Below are positions 9,326-18,018 of a stretch of 64,000 nt of DNA, piece by piece. Position numbers and translations under genes: made by a program. The stretch is from Candidatus Omnitrophota bacterium (lineage in GTDB: Bacteria > Omnitrophota > Omnitrophia > Omnitrophales > Omnitrophaceae): contig JAKQXH010000058.1 of NCBI GenBank assembly GCA_029561555.1, positions 2,949 to 66,948 on the forward strand. The letters are read 5' to 3'. Every line of letters starts with the position of its first letter. Position 1 is the first letter of the stretch. Under the pieces are notes generated by a model that worked only from the letters and a program-made list of their open reading frames with translations, searched no databases and was not told where the DNA came from.

Positions 9326-9847
9326 TCAATCGTTCACGCTGCAATTCGGGGAAATGACTTTTAGGTTCCTTTCTTTTTCCGGAGTCAGTAAAACAGGCGC
9401 CGCCCAGCCGTCCTTCGCTTCCGAATCCCGTTTTTTGACCAGCAGCCACGCCTTTTCCTTCCCCGGCCCCCGCATCTTGATCAGCGCGAACTCGCCGCGG
9501 AGGATTTCCCCTTTGAGCCGGAACTTCAGATTCCCTTTCGAAAGCCCCTCCCGGCCGCCGGCGGGGTCCTCCGTTTCGAATGCCCCCCGGTCCCAGATCA
9601 GGACGGCACCGGCCCCGTATTGCCCCGCCGGGATTACTCCTTCATACGCGCCGTACTCCAAATCATGATCGGCAACTTCGACGGCAAGGCGTTTTTCGCC
9701 GGGATCGAGCGACGGCCCCCTGGGAACGGCCCAGGACTTCAGGACCCCGCCGATCTCCAACCTGAAATCCCAGTGAAGCTTGGTCGCATGATGCTCGTGG
9801 ACGACGAATCGCGGCATGTTCCATCCCTCCTCCCGCCGGTCACTCAT
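9326..9847 (-). CDS. Stand-alone DNA ligase D 3'-phosphoesterase (LigD PE / LigD_N) domain protein
   Basis: FVVHEHHATKLHWDFRLEIGGVLKSWAVPRGPSLDPGEKRLAVEVADHDLEYGAYEGVIPAGQYGAGAVLIWDRG matches the LigD phosphoesterase signature. An alternative start is M11 at 9817. Confidence 0.8.
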   Translation of the reverse strand: MSDRREEGWNMPRFVVHEHHATKLHWDFRLEIGGVLKSWAVPRGPSLDPGEKRLAVEVADHDLEYGAYEGVIPAGQYGAGAVLIWDRGAFETEDPAGGREGLSKGNLKFRLKGEILRGEFALIKMRGPGKEKAWLLVKKRDSEAKDGWAAPVLLTPEKERNLKVISPNCSVND

Positions 9848-9918
9848 TCCCGCGGAACATTATACGCCCCGCGCTTCAGGCGCACAATTCCCCCGTTCTT
9901 CATCCCGCCCCGGTTTTA

Positions 9919-9927
9919 TGCTATAAT
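9919..9927 (+). promoter_or_regulatory. Candidate extended -10 promoter (TGcTATAAT) for the ABC-F gene
   Basis: TGCTATAAT lies about 70 nt upstream of the ATG at 9996. An SD (CAGGGAGAAATC) precedes the start. Confidence 0.35.
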
Positions 9928-9995
9928 TCCTCCGCGTTTGAAAGAGGTTCATCCCTCCTCAAAGTCCGCAAAAATTCGACAATCAGGGAGAAATC

Positions 9996-11624
9996 ATGCT
10001 GAATACCGAAGGGATTACTTTAGCTTACGGGAGCCGGAAGCTTTTCGAAAACGTGAATCTCTCGCTCGCGCCCGAAAATTGTTACGGCCTGATCGGCGCG
10101 AACGGATCCGGAAAATCCACCTTTCTCAAGATCCTCTCGGGAGAGGTGGAACCCTCTCACGGGACCGTCAGCGTCACGCCCGGCTACCGGATCTCCGTCC
10201 TTCAGCAGGATCATTTTCAGTTCGACGAATACCCCGTCCTGACCACCATTCTCATGGGCCACAAAAAACTTTATGAAGTCATGCTGGCGAAAGACGCCGT
10301 TTACGCGAAGCCGGATTTCTCCGAGGCGGACGGCGTCAGGGCCTCGGAGCTTGAAACGGAATTCGCGGAACTCAACGGATGGGAAGCCGAAGCAGAGGCC
10401 GCGAAGCTCCTGAGCGAACTGGGCATCGCCGAAGAATTCCATTCCCGGAAAATGAAAGACCTCGACGGCAGCCAGAAAGTCCGGGTCCTGCTCGCCCAGG
10501 CCCTTTTCGGGATGCCGGATATCCTCCTGCTCGACGAGCCCACCAACCACCTGGACATCGAAACCACCCTGTGGCTCGAAGAATTTCTGTACGAATTCAA
10601 AAACACCGTCGTCGTCGTCTCCCACGACCGCCATTTTCTGGACAGGGTCTGCACGCACATCCTGGACATCGACTTCGGGAGAATCCAGCTCTACACCGGA
10701 AACTGGAGTTTCTGGTACGAGTCAAGCCAGCTCATCCTCCGCCAGAAAACGGATCAAAACAAACAAATCGAGGAAAAGAGGAAAGAACTCCAGACCTTCA
10801 TCATGCGTTTCAGCAACAACGCGTCGAAATCCCGGCAGGCCACGGCGCGGAAAAAACTCCTCGAAAAACTGACGCTCGAGGACATCAAGCCGTCTTCCCG
10901 CCGCACTCCCTACATTTTCTTCAAAGCGGCCCGGGAAGCCGGAAACGACATCCTCACCGCCGAAGACCTCTCGAAAGCCGTCGAAGGCGAGACCTTGTTC
11001 CGGAACGCCTCGTTCCGCGTGGACAAGGGGGAGAAAATCGCGTTCGTCTCCAAAAACACGACGTCCATCACGGCGCTTTTCCGAATCTTAATGAAGGAAG
11101 CCATCCCCGACGGAGGCGCGTTCAAATGGGGCGCATCGACCGGCCGGGCCTATTTCCCGAAAGACAACGCCTCGTTTTTCGACTGCGATTTAAATCTAAT
11201 TGACTGGCTCCGCCAGTATTCGGCGGAGAAAGACGAGAATTTCATCCGGGGATTCCTGGGGAAAATGCTTTTCTCGGGAGACGAAACCTTGAAAAAGGCC
11301 AACGTCCTTTCGGGAGGAGAAAAAGTCCGCTGTCTGTTCTCCCGGATGATGCTCCTGGAAGCCAATGTCCTGCTCTTCGACGAGCCCACCAATCATCTCG
11401 ACCTGGAAGCCATCACCGCCCTCAACGACGGCCTGATCGCTTTCCGGGGAACGATTTTGTTCACCTCGCACGACCATCAATTCGTCCAGACCGTCGCGAA
11501 CCGCATCATCGAAATCACGCCAAACGGCCTGATCGACAAGCAAAACACGACCTACGACGAATACCTTGCCGACCCGCATGTCCGGGAACGCCGGCGGGAG
11601 CTTTATCCGGCGGGAAAGTCGTAA
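9996..11624 (+). CDS. ABC-F family ATPase (two ABC cassettes, no TMD)
   Basis: Two Walker A motifs (GANGSGKST and a degenerate second NBD), two LSGG signatures (LSGSQKVR, LSGGEKVR), and a charged linker. 542 aa. Confidence 0.9.
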   Translation: MLNTEGITLAYGSRKLFENVNLSLAPENCYGLIGANGSGKSTFLKILSGEVEPSHGTVSVTPGYRISVLQQDHFQFDEYPVLTTILMGHKKLYEVMLAKDAVYAKPDFSEADGVRASELETEFAELNGWEAEAEAAKLLSELGIAEEFHSRKMKDLDGSQKVRVLLAQALFGMPDILLLDEPTNHLDIETTLWLEEFLYEFKNTVVVVSHDRHFLDRVCTHILDIDFGRIQLYTGNWSFWYESSQLILRQKTDQNKQIEEKRKELQTFIMRFSNNASKSRQATARKKLLEKLTLEDIKPSSRRTPYIFFKAAREAGNDILTAEDLSKAVEGETLFRNASFRVDKGEKIAFVSKNTTSITALFRILMKEAIPDGGAFKWGASTGRAYFPKDNASFFDCDLNLIDWLRQYSAEKDENFIRGFLGKMLFSGDETLKKANVLSGGEKVRCLFSRMMLLEANVLLFDEPTNHLDLEAITALNDGLIAFRGTILFTSHDHQFVQTVANRIIEITPNGLIDKQNTTYDEYLADPHVRERRRELYPAGKS

Positions 11625-11660
11625 ACAACCAAAAGCTTTTTATTTTTCCAGTAACCTGTC

Positions 11661-11834
11661 CGGCAAATCTGACTGGAGCGAGCTCTCGCAACCGTTTGGA
11701 GCTTGGTCTGGCGCAAAGCGCCAGTCCAAACGGTGAGAGCGCAGACGGTCGGACGCCGCCGGAGCGGACGAACCGGCGGTCGCGGAAGCAGATTTGCCGA
11801 ACTTTATCGCTTGAAATCTCAAAAAACTTTTGAA
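11661..11834. repeat. Structured intergenic repeat, copy 1 (about 174 nt; 11-bp terminal inverted repeat CGGCAAATCTG/CAGATTTGCCG)
   Basis: Aligns without indels to 39401-39574 in the same orientation, with 13 substitutions. Contains nested complementary segments. Sits between convergent genes. Confidence 0.85.
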
Positions 11835-11907
11835 CGATGCCCTAGCATCCTTCGCCCGGAGGGTAGTGAAGGCAAGCATGTTTCTTCTCTGAAGGACTAA
11901 ATCGGCA

Positions 11908-12402
11908 TCAAAACTTTTCCCAGTGGAGGACGTCCTTGAGCGGGCGGTTTTTGGCCTGCTTCACCTCCCCGGCCGGCCAGCCGAGGGAAATCAGGCTCAC
12001 CAGCTTGCAATCCGCCGGCACACCCAGAAGCCTTCCGACGCGCTCCGCGTAAGGTTTCTTGTCCCCCGCCACCCAGCAGGCCCCCAATCCGAAATCCGCG
12101 GCGGCCAGCAGGATATTTTCGGTCGCGGCGCATCCGTCTTCGAGATAATATTTGGTCTCCCGGCAAAACACGGCAATGCAGGCGGAAGCCTGTTTGATGA
12201 ATTCGCCCGTTGTCGCGACCTCACCGAGCCGGACAAGCGCCGGTTTCTCCGTCACGACGACAAATTCCCACGGCTCGACGGCCCGCGCGGTCGGAGCCCG
12301 CCTCCCGGCGTCCACCAACGCTTCCAGCAGTTTCTTCTCGATCGCTTTGCCTTGATATTCCCGAACGCTCGCCCTCGATGAAATCGAATCGCGTGTTTCC
12401 AT
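11908..12402 (-). CDS. Nitroreductase family protein
   Basis: SVREYQGKAIEKKLLEALVDAGRRAPTARAVEPWEFVVV and a C-terminal GLGACWV pattern typical of FMN nitroreductases. Confidence 0.85.
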   Translation of the reverse strand: METRDSISSRASVREYQGKAIEKKLLEALVDAGRRAPTARAVEPWEFVVVTEKPALVRLGEVATTGEFIKQASACIAVFCRETKYYLEDGCAATENILLAAADFGLGACWVAGDKKPYAERVGRLLGVPADCKLVSLISLGWPAGEVKQAKNRPLKDVLHWEKF

Positions 12403-12484
12403 GATTCCCCTCCGTTTATTTAATATGAAGTTACGTCCGCGTCATCCTCAATGAGTTCAATTGGCAAAATTTCGAATCCCTGAA

Positions 12485-13282
12485 TTACTTTTCCGGCTCC
12501 GGACGCAGCGCTTCGGTCCGATGCCCCACCACCGTGAAATATTTTACCGGTATCCCGCCCTGGTACTTTTGAGTGTGAAAAAAAACCTCGCTGCGGGCAA
12601 AACCGAGAACGGCGATAAACCGCTGAATGATCTCCGGCGTCAAAAGCCACCAGGTCTCTTTCTTCTCGGCCGTCGCGGAATCCGGCACGAACTCCATGAC
12701 CGGACGCCCGCCGGATGGGATTTTGAGGGGTTCGGCGATCACCGCGGTTTCCCTGGTCAGGCTCAGCGCGCTTTGCAGAGCGAGAAAAGGATCCCGGACG
12801 TGAAGCAGGATGCTTCCGAAAATCGAAACATCCACGTCCCCGATTTCCCGCGGAATCGCATACACCGTCCCGAAAACCATCTTCGCCTTCGATCCAGTCG
12901 CACGGTGGCAGAACCAGTACGCGCGGTTCAACCGGCGGATCGTGTCGACTTTCAGGCGAAACTGATCATCCCCGAGCCGGGCGTAGGGCACAATATCCCA
13001 GCCGTTGCCGTCCGAAAGATCGTACGACACGACCTCCGCCCCCTCGGACTCCGCGTAAAAAGAAACGCACCCGCTGGCGGCCCCGACATCCAGGACCCGC
13101 TTGCCCCGGACCTCCACACCGCCCAAATACTCCTTAAGCCCCCCGCGAAGGTCCCAATCCCCGGGGATCGTCCCGTGCCCCGGGATTTCCATGGTGTGAT
13201 AAAAATAACAGCCCGCGGGATCCTCGACGGCCTGCGGAACCGCGTAAAGACTTCCGGATCGGGACTGTTTGGTGTCGGTCAT
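12485..13282 (-). CDS. Class I SAM-dependent methyltransferase
   Basis: Motif I VLDVGAASGCVSFYAESEGAEVVSYDL. The start is trimmed to MTDTKQS (ATG at 13282) because the longer ORF would overlap the glgP 3' end. Confidence 0.75.
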   Translation of the reverse strand: MTDTKQSRSGSLYAVPQAVEDPAGCYFYHTMEIPGHGTIPGDWDLRGGLKEYLGGVEVRGKRVLDVGAASGCVSFYAESEGAEVVSYDLSDGNGWDIVPYARLGDDQFRLKVDTIRRLNRAYWFCHRATGSKAKMVFGTVYAIPREIGDVDVSIFGSILLHVRDPFLALQSALSLTRETAVIAEPLKIPSGGRPVMEFVPDSATAEKKETWWLLTPEIIQRFIAVLGFARSEVFFHTQKYQGGIPVKYFTVVGHRTEALRPEPEK

Positions 13283-13338
13283 CAACGGTCGCCCATGGTT
13301 TGACGGTGATCTTCTATAGACAGCGGTCCGGACCGGAC

Positions 13339-15891
13339 TCAGCCGGGCTTCCGGTAGGGGGTTTTCCAAATATCGTCGGCGTACTGCATCACAACGCGGT
13401 CGCTTGAAAATTTTCCGGCCTTCGCCACATTGAGAACGGCCTTCCGCGTCCAATCGTCCTGATCCAGAAAATTCCCGGAAATCACGTCCTGAATCCTGCA
13501 ATAGGCGTCGAAATCCGCGCAGACAAAGAAATAATCGGAGTAAGTCAGGCTGTCCACGAGCGGCTTGAAAATACCGGCTTCCATCGGGGAAAAGAAATTG
13601 CTCCGGATCAGGTGAAAGATTTCCGTCAGCATGGGGGACCGGCGGATGTAAAGCCCGGGATCGTACCCCTGGCGCTTCAGCCCCGCAACTTCCTCGGTTT
13701 TCAGGCCGAACATGAAAATATTCTCGTATCCGACCTGCTCCGCGATCTCGATATTGGCGCCGTCATACGTCCCCACCGTCAGCGCCCCGTTCATCAGGAA
13801 CTTCATGCACCCGGTCCCGGACGCCTCCGTCCCCGCCGTGGAAATCTGCTCGGACAGATCGCTTGCCGGAAAGATTTTCTCCGCGAGCGAAACGCGGTAA
13901 TTCTCCAGGAAAACGACCTTCAGTTTGTCGCGCGCGGCCGGGTCGTAATTGATCACCCCCGCGATGCTCGTGATAAATTTAATGATCAATTTCGCCATGA
14001 AATAACCGGGGGCCGCTTTCCCGCTGAAAATAAACGTCCTCGGGACCCTATCCGCCGACGGGTTCTCCTTCAGCTTCAGGTACTGCGAAATCACGTAGAA
14101 AGCGAACAGCACCTGCCGCTTGTATTCATGGATCCGCTTCACCTGAACGTCAAACAGGGAATCCGGATTGACCTTCAGGCCGGTGTTCTGAAAAATGAAA
14201 TCCGCCAGCGCAAGCTTGTTGTCCCGTTTTACGGATCGCCATTTTTTGAAAAACGACCGGTCGTCCTTAAACCGGGCCAATTTTTCGAGCTCGGAGAGAT
14301 TATTGTTCCATTTATTCCCGATCGCCTTGGTGATCAATTCCGTCAGGGGGCGGTTAGCCTTCATCAGCCACCGGCGGGGCGTTACGCCGTTTGTTTTGTT
14401 GTTGAATTTATCCGGATAAAATTCGTAAAAATCCCTGAACAGGTCCTTCTTGAGAAGGCCGGTGTGCAGTTCGGAGACCCCGTTCACGGAATGCGATCCG
14501 ACGACCGCGAGATTCGCCATGCGGACTTTCTTGGGGCTCCCCTCCTCGATCAGCGACATGCGGCTCAGGCGCCCGCCGTCTCCCGGATAGCGGTTCGCCA
14601 CCTCGCGCAGGAACCGGCTGTTGATTTCGTAGACGATCTGGATGTGACGGGGCAATAGTTTTTCAAACAGCGGGACCGGCCACGTCTCCAGCGCTTCGGG
14701 CATCACGGTATGATTGGTGTAGGCGAAGGTCCTCACCGTCACGTTCCAGGCCGTGTCCCAATCCAACTCCTCTTCATCGATCAGAATCCTCATAAACTCC
14801 ACGATCGCCAGCGCCTGATGCGTGTCATTGAGCTGAATCGCCGCCTTGTCCGGGAATTTCCTGAAATCGGAATTCTCGGCCTTGAACCGGCGGATGATGT
14901 CGGCGATCGAGGCCGCGGTAAAGAAATATTCCTGTTTCAGGCGGAGCTCGCGGCCCTGGAAACTCGCGTCGCTCGGATAAAGCACGCGGGAAATATTTTC
15001 CGAAAACATCTTGTCGTAAATCGCGTTTTCATAGTCTCCGTGATTGAAATACTCCAGGTCGAATTCTTCCGATCCCCTCGCCGACCACAGGCGGAGCGTG
15101 TTCACCACGTTGTTTTTGTACCCCACGACGGGGATGTCGTAGGGCATCGCCACGACCGCCTTCGTGTTCAGCCATTCCACGCAGAGCTTTCCCTGACGGT
15201 CGTAATACATGTGGGTCTCCCCGTAAAACCGGATCGGCACCGCGTATTCCGGCCTTTCGAATTCCCACGGATTGCCGAATTTGAGCCACTTGTCGGGGGC
15301 CTCCACCTGATAGCCGTTCACGATTTTCTGCTGAAAAATCCCGTAGTCATAGCGGATGCCGTAACCGTGAGCCGGGATCCCGAGCGTCGCCATCGAATCC
15401 AGGAAACAGGCCGCCAGGCGTCCCAAACCGCCGTTCCCCAGGCCCGCGTCCAATTCCTCGTCGCGGATTTTCCAGATATCCAGGCCCAATTCCTCCAGGG
15501 CGGAGTTCGTTTCCTTCCAGAGCCCCAGGTTCATGATATTCGTACCCAGAAGACGCCCGATCAGAAACTCCAGGGAAAGATAATAGACTCTCTTGTCGTT
15601 CCGTTTGTGATACCCCTGCTGGGTGGAAATCCACCGTTCGACGATCCGGTCGCGGACCGCGATCGCAAGCGCCATGTAATCATCGCGGGAGGTCTGCGTG
15701 TAGCGGTCCTTGGCGAGATTATAATGAAGGTTCGAACAAAAAGACTGAAGGACCCCCGCCTTGGACATGTCCTTGTAGACCATCTTCCAGGACTCTTTCT
15801 TGGGTTTCGGTTCTTTTCCCGGCTTCCCCGGTTCTTCCGCCGCTTCCGTCCGGACCGGTTCTTTTTCCGTTTGTTTTTCCCTGATATCCAT
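13339..15891 (-). CDS. glgP: Glycogen/alpha-glucan phosphorylase
   Basis: 850 aa. PLP-lysine region EASGTGCMKFLMNGALTVGTYDGANIE, plus GLGNGGLGRLAACFLDS. Confidence 0.92.
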   Translation of the reverse strand: MDIREKQTEKEPVRTEAAEEPGKPGKEPKPKKESWKMVYKDMSKAGVLQSFCSNLHYNLAKDRYTQTSRDDYMALAIAVRDRIVERWISTQQGYHKRNDKRVYYLSLEFLIGRLLGTNIMNLGLWKETNSALEELGLDIWKIRDEELDAGLGNGGLGRLAACFLDSMATLGIPAHGYGIRYDYGIFQQKIVNGYQVEAPDKWLKFGNPWEFERPEYAVPIRFYGETHMYYDRQGKLCVEWLNTKAVVAMPYDIPVVGYKNNVVNTLRLWSARGSEEFDLEYFNHGDYENAIYDKMFSENISRVLYPSDASFQGRELRLKQEYFFTAASIADIIRRFKAENSDFRKFPDKAAIQLNDTHQALAIVEFMRILIDEEELDWDTAWNVTVRTFAYTNHTVMPEALETWPVPLFEKLLPRHIQIVYEINSRFLREVANRYPGDGGRLSRMSLIEEGSPKKVRMANLAVVGSHSVNGVSELHTGLLKKDLFRDFYEFYPDKFNNKTNGVTPRRWLMKANRPLTELITKAIGNKWNNNLSELEKLARFKDDRSFFKKWRSVKRDNKLALADFIFQNTGLKVNPDSLFDVQVKRIHEYKRQVLFAFYVISQYLKLKENPSADRVPRTFIFSGKAAPGYFMAKLIIKFITSIAGVINYDPAARDKLKVVFLENYRVSLAEKIFPASDLSEQISTAGTEASGTGCMKFLMNGALTVGTYDGANIEIAEQVGYENIFMFGLKTEEVAGLKRQGYDPGLYIRRSPMLTEIFHLIRSNFFSPMEAGIFKPLVDSLTYSDYFFVCADFDAYCRIQDVISGNFLDQDDWTRKAVLNVAKAGKFSSDRVVMQYADDIWKTPYRKPG

Positions 15892-15938
15892 AGCTCCCCC
15901 TGCCTACTTATCGGCAGATTCTTTTTCCGACTGAATTC

Positions 15939-17672
15939 CTAATTTGACTTTTCCGCCGACCGTTTCAAAATTGCCTCTTCGATCATCAGTTCCTTTCTCG
16001 CGATAATCCGTTCCAGATGATTCTTCTGACGGTCCGGCGCAATGTCCAGCAATTCCAGGACCACCCGGTTCAATTCATGCCCGGCTTCCCATTCCTCCAT
16101 GATCACCACGTCGGCCTCCAGATCGTACAAATGCGCGACGTCCTGCTCATACCGGGTCCGGACCACCAGCGTCACCCCGGAATTCAGCCGCTGCACCACC
16201 CGGATAATCTGCTCCATCCCGAGGGAGTCCCCGAAACTGACCACGACCGCCCGAGCCCGTTCGATCCCGGCGCGCCGCATGACGCCTTCATTGACGGCGT
16301 CTCCGTAAATAACCGACACACCCATCTCCCGCGCGTGCTTCACGCGATTGGGATTCATTTCGACCAGCACGAAAGGAATGTTCTCCTCCCGGAACGCCAT
16401 GGCAAGATCGTGCCCCGGAGGCCCGAATCCGCAGAGGATCACGTGATTCTCCGGGCGGGAGGGTTCGTTCCCTTCGGATTCCGCGGCGGACGAAAATCCC
16501 ATGAACGGCAATTTTTCCGACGCCTTCATGATCGGCGAGACCAGCGCGAAAAGAAACGGCGTCATGAACATCGTCAAAAACGCCGTCGACAGCAGCAACT
16601 GATAAAGATGCGGGTCGATCCCGCCGGAATTCCTTCCGGCCTCCAGAAGAAGAAACGAGAACTCTCCGATCTGCGAGAGAATGATTCCCGTCGCGATCGC
16701 GACGCGGAGCGGATACCCGAATCCGGCGACCAAAAACGTCATCAGCACGAAATTGATCAGGAGGACCAATCCCACCATCGCGGCCAGCGTCAGGAAATTT
16801 TCAAAGGCGAATCTCACGTCAAACAACATCCCGATCGAGACGAAAAAAATGCTGACGAAAATATGACGAAACGGGAGCAATTCGCCGGTCAGCTGGTCCC
16901 CGAAATCCGAATTCGCGAACATCACCCCCGCGAAAAACGCGCCGACGGCGAGCGAAAGCCCCATCCGTCCGCTCGCCCACGCCACTCCCAGGCAGATCAC
17001 CACCGAGGTCAGGAAGAAAATCTCCCGGTTCCGGGAAAGCGCCACTTCGTGAAGAAATCTCGGCAAGAGGTACCGCGCGAAAAGAATCGCGCATCCCAGC
17101 AGCAGGAGGGTCTTCCCGAAAGCGATCGCCAGCGTGTGCAGCAGAACGCCGGGAGCCGCGCCGGACCCGTTGATGAAGATCATAAGCGGAACGACGGCCA
17201 AGTCCTGAAAAATCAGGATCGAAACGGCTATCCGGCCGTAAGGCGTCGCGACTTCGCCCCGGTCGATCAGAAATTTGAGCACGATCGCGGTGGAGCTCAG
17301 CGCAATCACCGATCCGAGGAAAAAGCCCTCGTACGGCGACCACCCTTTCCAGAACGCAAACAGCAGCGCCAGAATCACCGACAAAACAATCTGGAGCATC
17401 CCGCCCAGTATGGCAATCCGGCCGAATCCTTTCAATCGGTCGAAAGTGATCTCCAACCCGATGGTCAGCATCAGCAGCACGACCCCCAATTCGGCAAGAC
17501 TATAAATACGAGCGACGTCGGACAGGAGCCCGAAACCGTGCGGACCGATCAAAATGCCGGCAAGCAGATACCCCAAAATCGCGGGAAGGCGGAACCGTTC
17601 GAACGTGAACGCCACCAGCGTTGCGATCAGGAGAATCGTCAGAAATTCGGTCAGAAAAGAATAGTCCGCCAT
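15939..17672 (-). CDS. CPA2 family monovalent cation:proton antiporter with C-terminal RCK/TrkA-N domain (KefB/C-like)
   Basis: Na_H_exchanger-type TM core (PAILGYLLAGILIGPHGFGL) and a Rossmann-like C-terminus (HVILCGFGPPG). Confidence 0.88.
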   Translation of the reverse strand: MADYSFLTEFLTILLIATLVAFTFERFRLPAILGYLLAGILIGPHGFGLLSDVARIYSLAELGVVLLMLTIGLEITFDRLKGFGRIAILGGMLQIVLSVILALLFAFWKGWSPYEGFFLGSVIALSSTAIVLKFLIDRGEVATPYGRIAVSILIFQDLAVVPLMIFINGSGAAPGVLLHTLAIAFGKTLLLLGCAILFARYLLPRFLHEVALSRNREIFFLTSVVICLGVAWASGRMGLSLAVGAFFAGVMFANSDFGDQLTGELLPFRHIFVSIFFVSIGMLFDVRFAFENFLTLAAMVGLVLLINFVLMTFLVAGFGYPLRVAIATGIILSQIGEFSFLLLEAGRNSGGIDPHLYQLLLSTAFLTMFMTPFLFALVSPIMKASEKLPFMGFSSAAESEGNEPSRPENHVILCGFGPPGHDLAMAFREENIPFVLVEMNPNRVKHAREMGVSVIYGDAVNEGVMRRAGIERARAVVVSFGDSLGMEQIIRVVQRLNSGVTLVVRTRYEQDVAHLYDLEADVVIMEEWEAGHELNRVVLELLDIAPDRQKNHLERIIARKELMIEEAILKRSAEKSN

Positions 17673-17764
17673 AATTGTTTATTTAAGGTTTCCCATACCC
17701 TCACGTCCCCAGAAATTAACGACCATTGAAAAATTTCGAGACGAAAAAACCAAAATAAATCCTC

Positions 17765-17935
17765 CCTAGTCGTATGGCCGGGCAGCTGACGAATGCCGAA
17801 GGTTTCGCTGAAAGACTCGGGAAATTTGACGAAGGGAAACGCTGGCCGACAGGAACAGCGAGGGCCCTTCGGAAAATTTCCCCTAGTCCTTTCCGAAACC
17901 GGAGGCTCTGAGGCAGCGAACCGAGCCATACGATG
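17765..17935 (-). promoter_or_regulatory. Highly structured 5' leader of the CPA2 gene; riboswitch candidate (c-di-AMP/ydaO-like class suspected, unverified)
   Basis: On the minus strand: P1 UCGUAUGGC/GCCAUACGA; P2 GGUUCGCUG/CAGCGAAACC; a three-segment hairpin (GGGAAAUUU/AAAUUUCCC, CGAAGGG/CCCUUCG, CGCUG/CAGCG); and a small hairpin CCUCCG-GUUU-CGGAAAGG. Lies in a 346-nt gap upstream of the transporter. Confidence 0.4.
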
Positions 17936-18018
17936 TAAAACTCCCCTATTTGAGATCTGATTTAGCTCACACTAAACCCTTATCTTGAATAAAAAACTCC
18001 TGAGGGCTCATTCCCCAC

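Noticed and set aside
11661-11799. Whether the repeat core could be SRP RNA, 6S RNA or a retron msr/msd. Prompted by the GGAAGCAG segment, the closing stem and the roughly 140-nt size.
   Set aside because: The SRP helix-8 pairing around GGAA does not form. The fold is branched rather than the single 6S rod with a central bubble. No reverse transcriptase is adjacent. Two copies at 92% identity in convergent gaps fit a dispersed repeat better.
11640-11900. ORFs of 79 aa (minus) and 65 aa (plus) overlapping repeat copy 1.
   Set aside because: The second copy of the repeat (39401-39574) has no ORF of 60 aa or more, so no reading frame is conserved. The products are Ala/Arg/Ser-rich. The conservation pattern fits structure, not coding.
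12485-13501. N-terminal extensions of track ORFs: methyltransferase to 13501, GH144-like to 28462, mutS to 37991, mutL to 35298, CYTH to 51598, zinc-ribbon genes to 52201 and 52482, and the 45069-45410 ORF.
   Set aside because: The extensions overlap the 3' ends of upstream genes or regulatory palindromes, are compositionally aberrant, and internal ATG or GTG codons with an SD or signal peptide give family-typical N-termini. I trimmed the coordinates accordingly.
17651-17929. 92-aa minus-strand ORF covering the structured leader upstream of the CPA2 gene.
   Set aside because: It overlaps the CPA2 start, has no SD, and its composition is low-complexity. The nested helices explain the region better.
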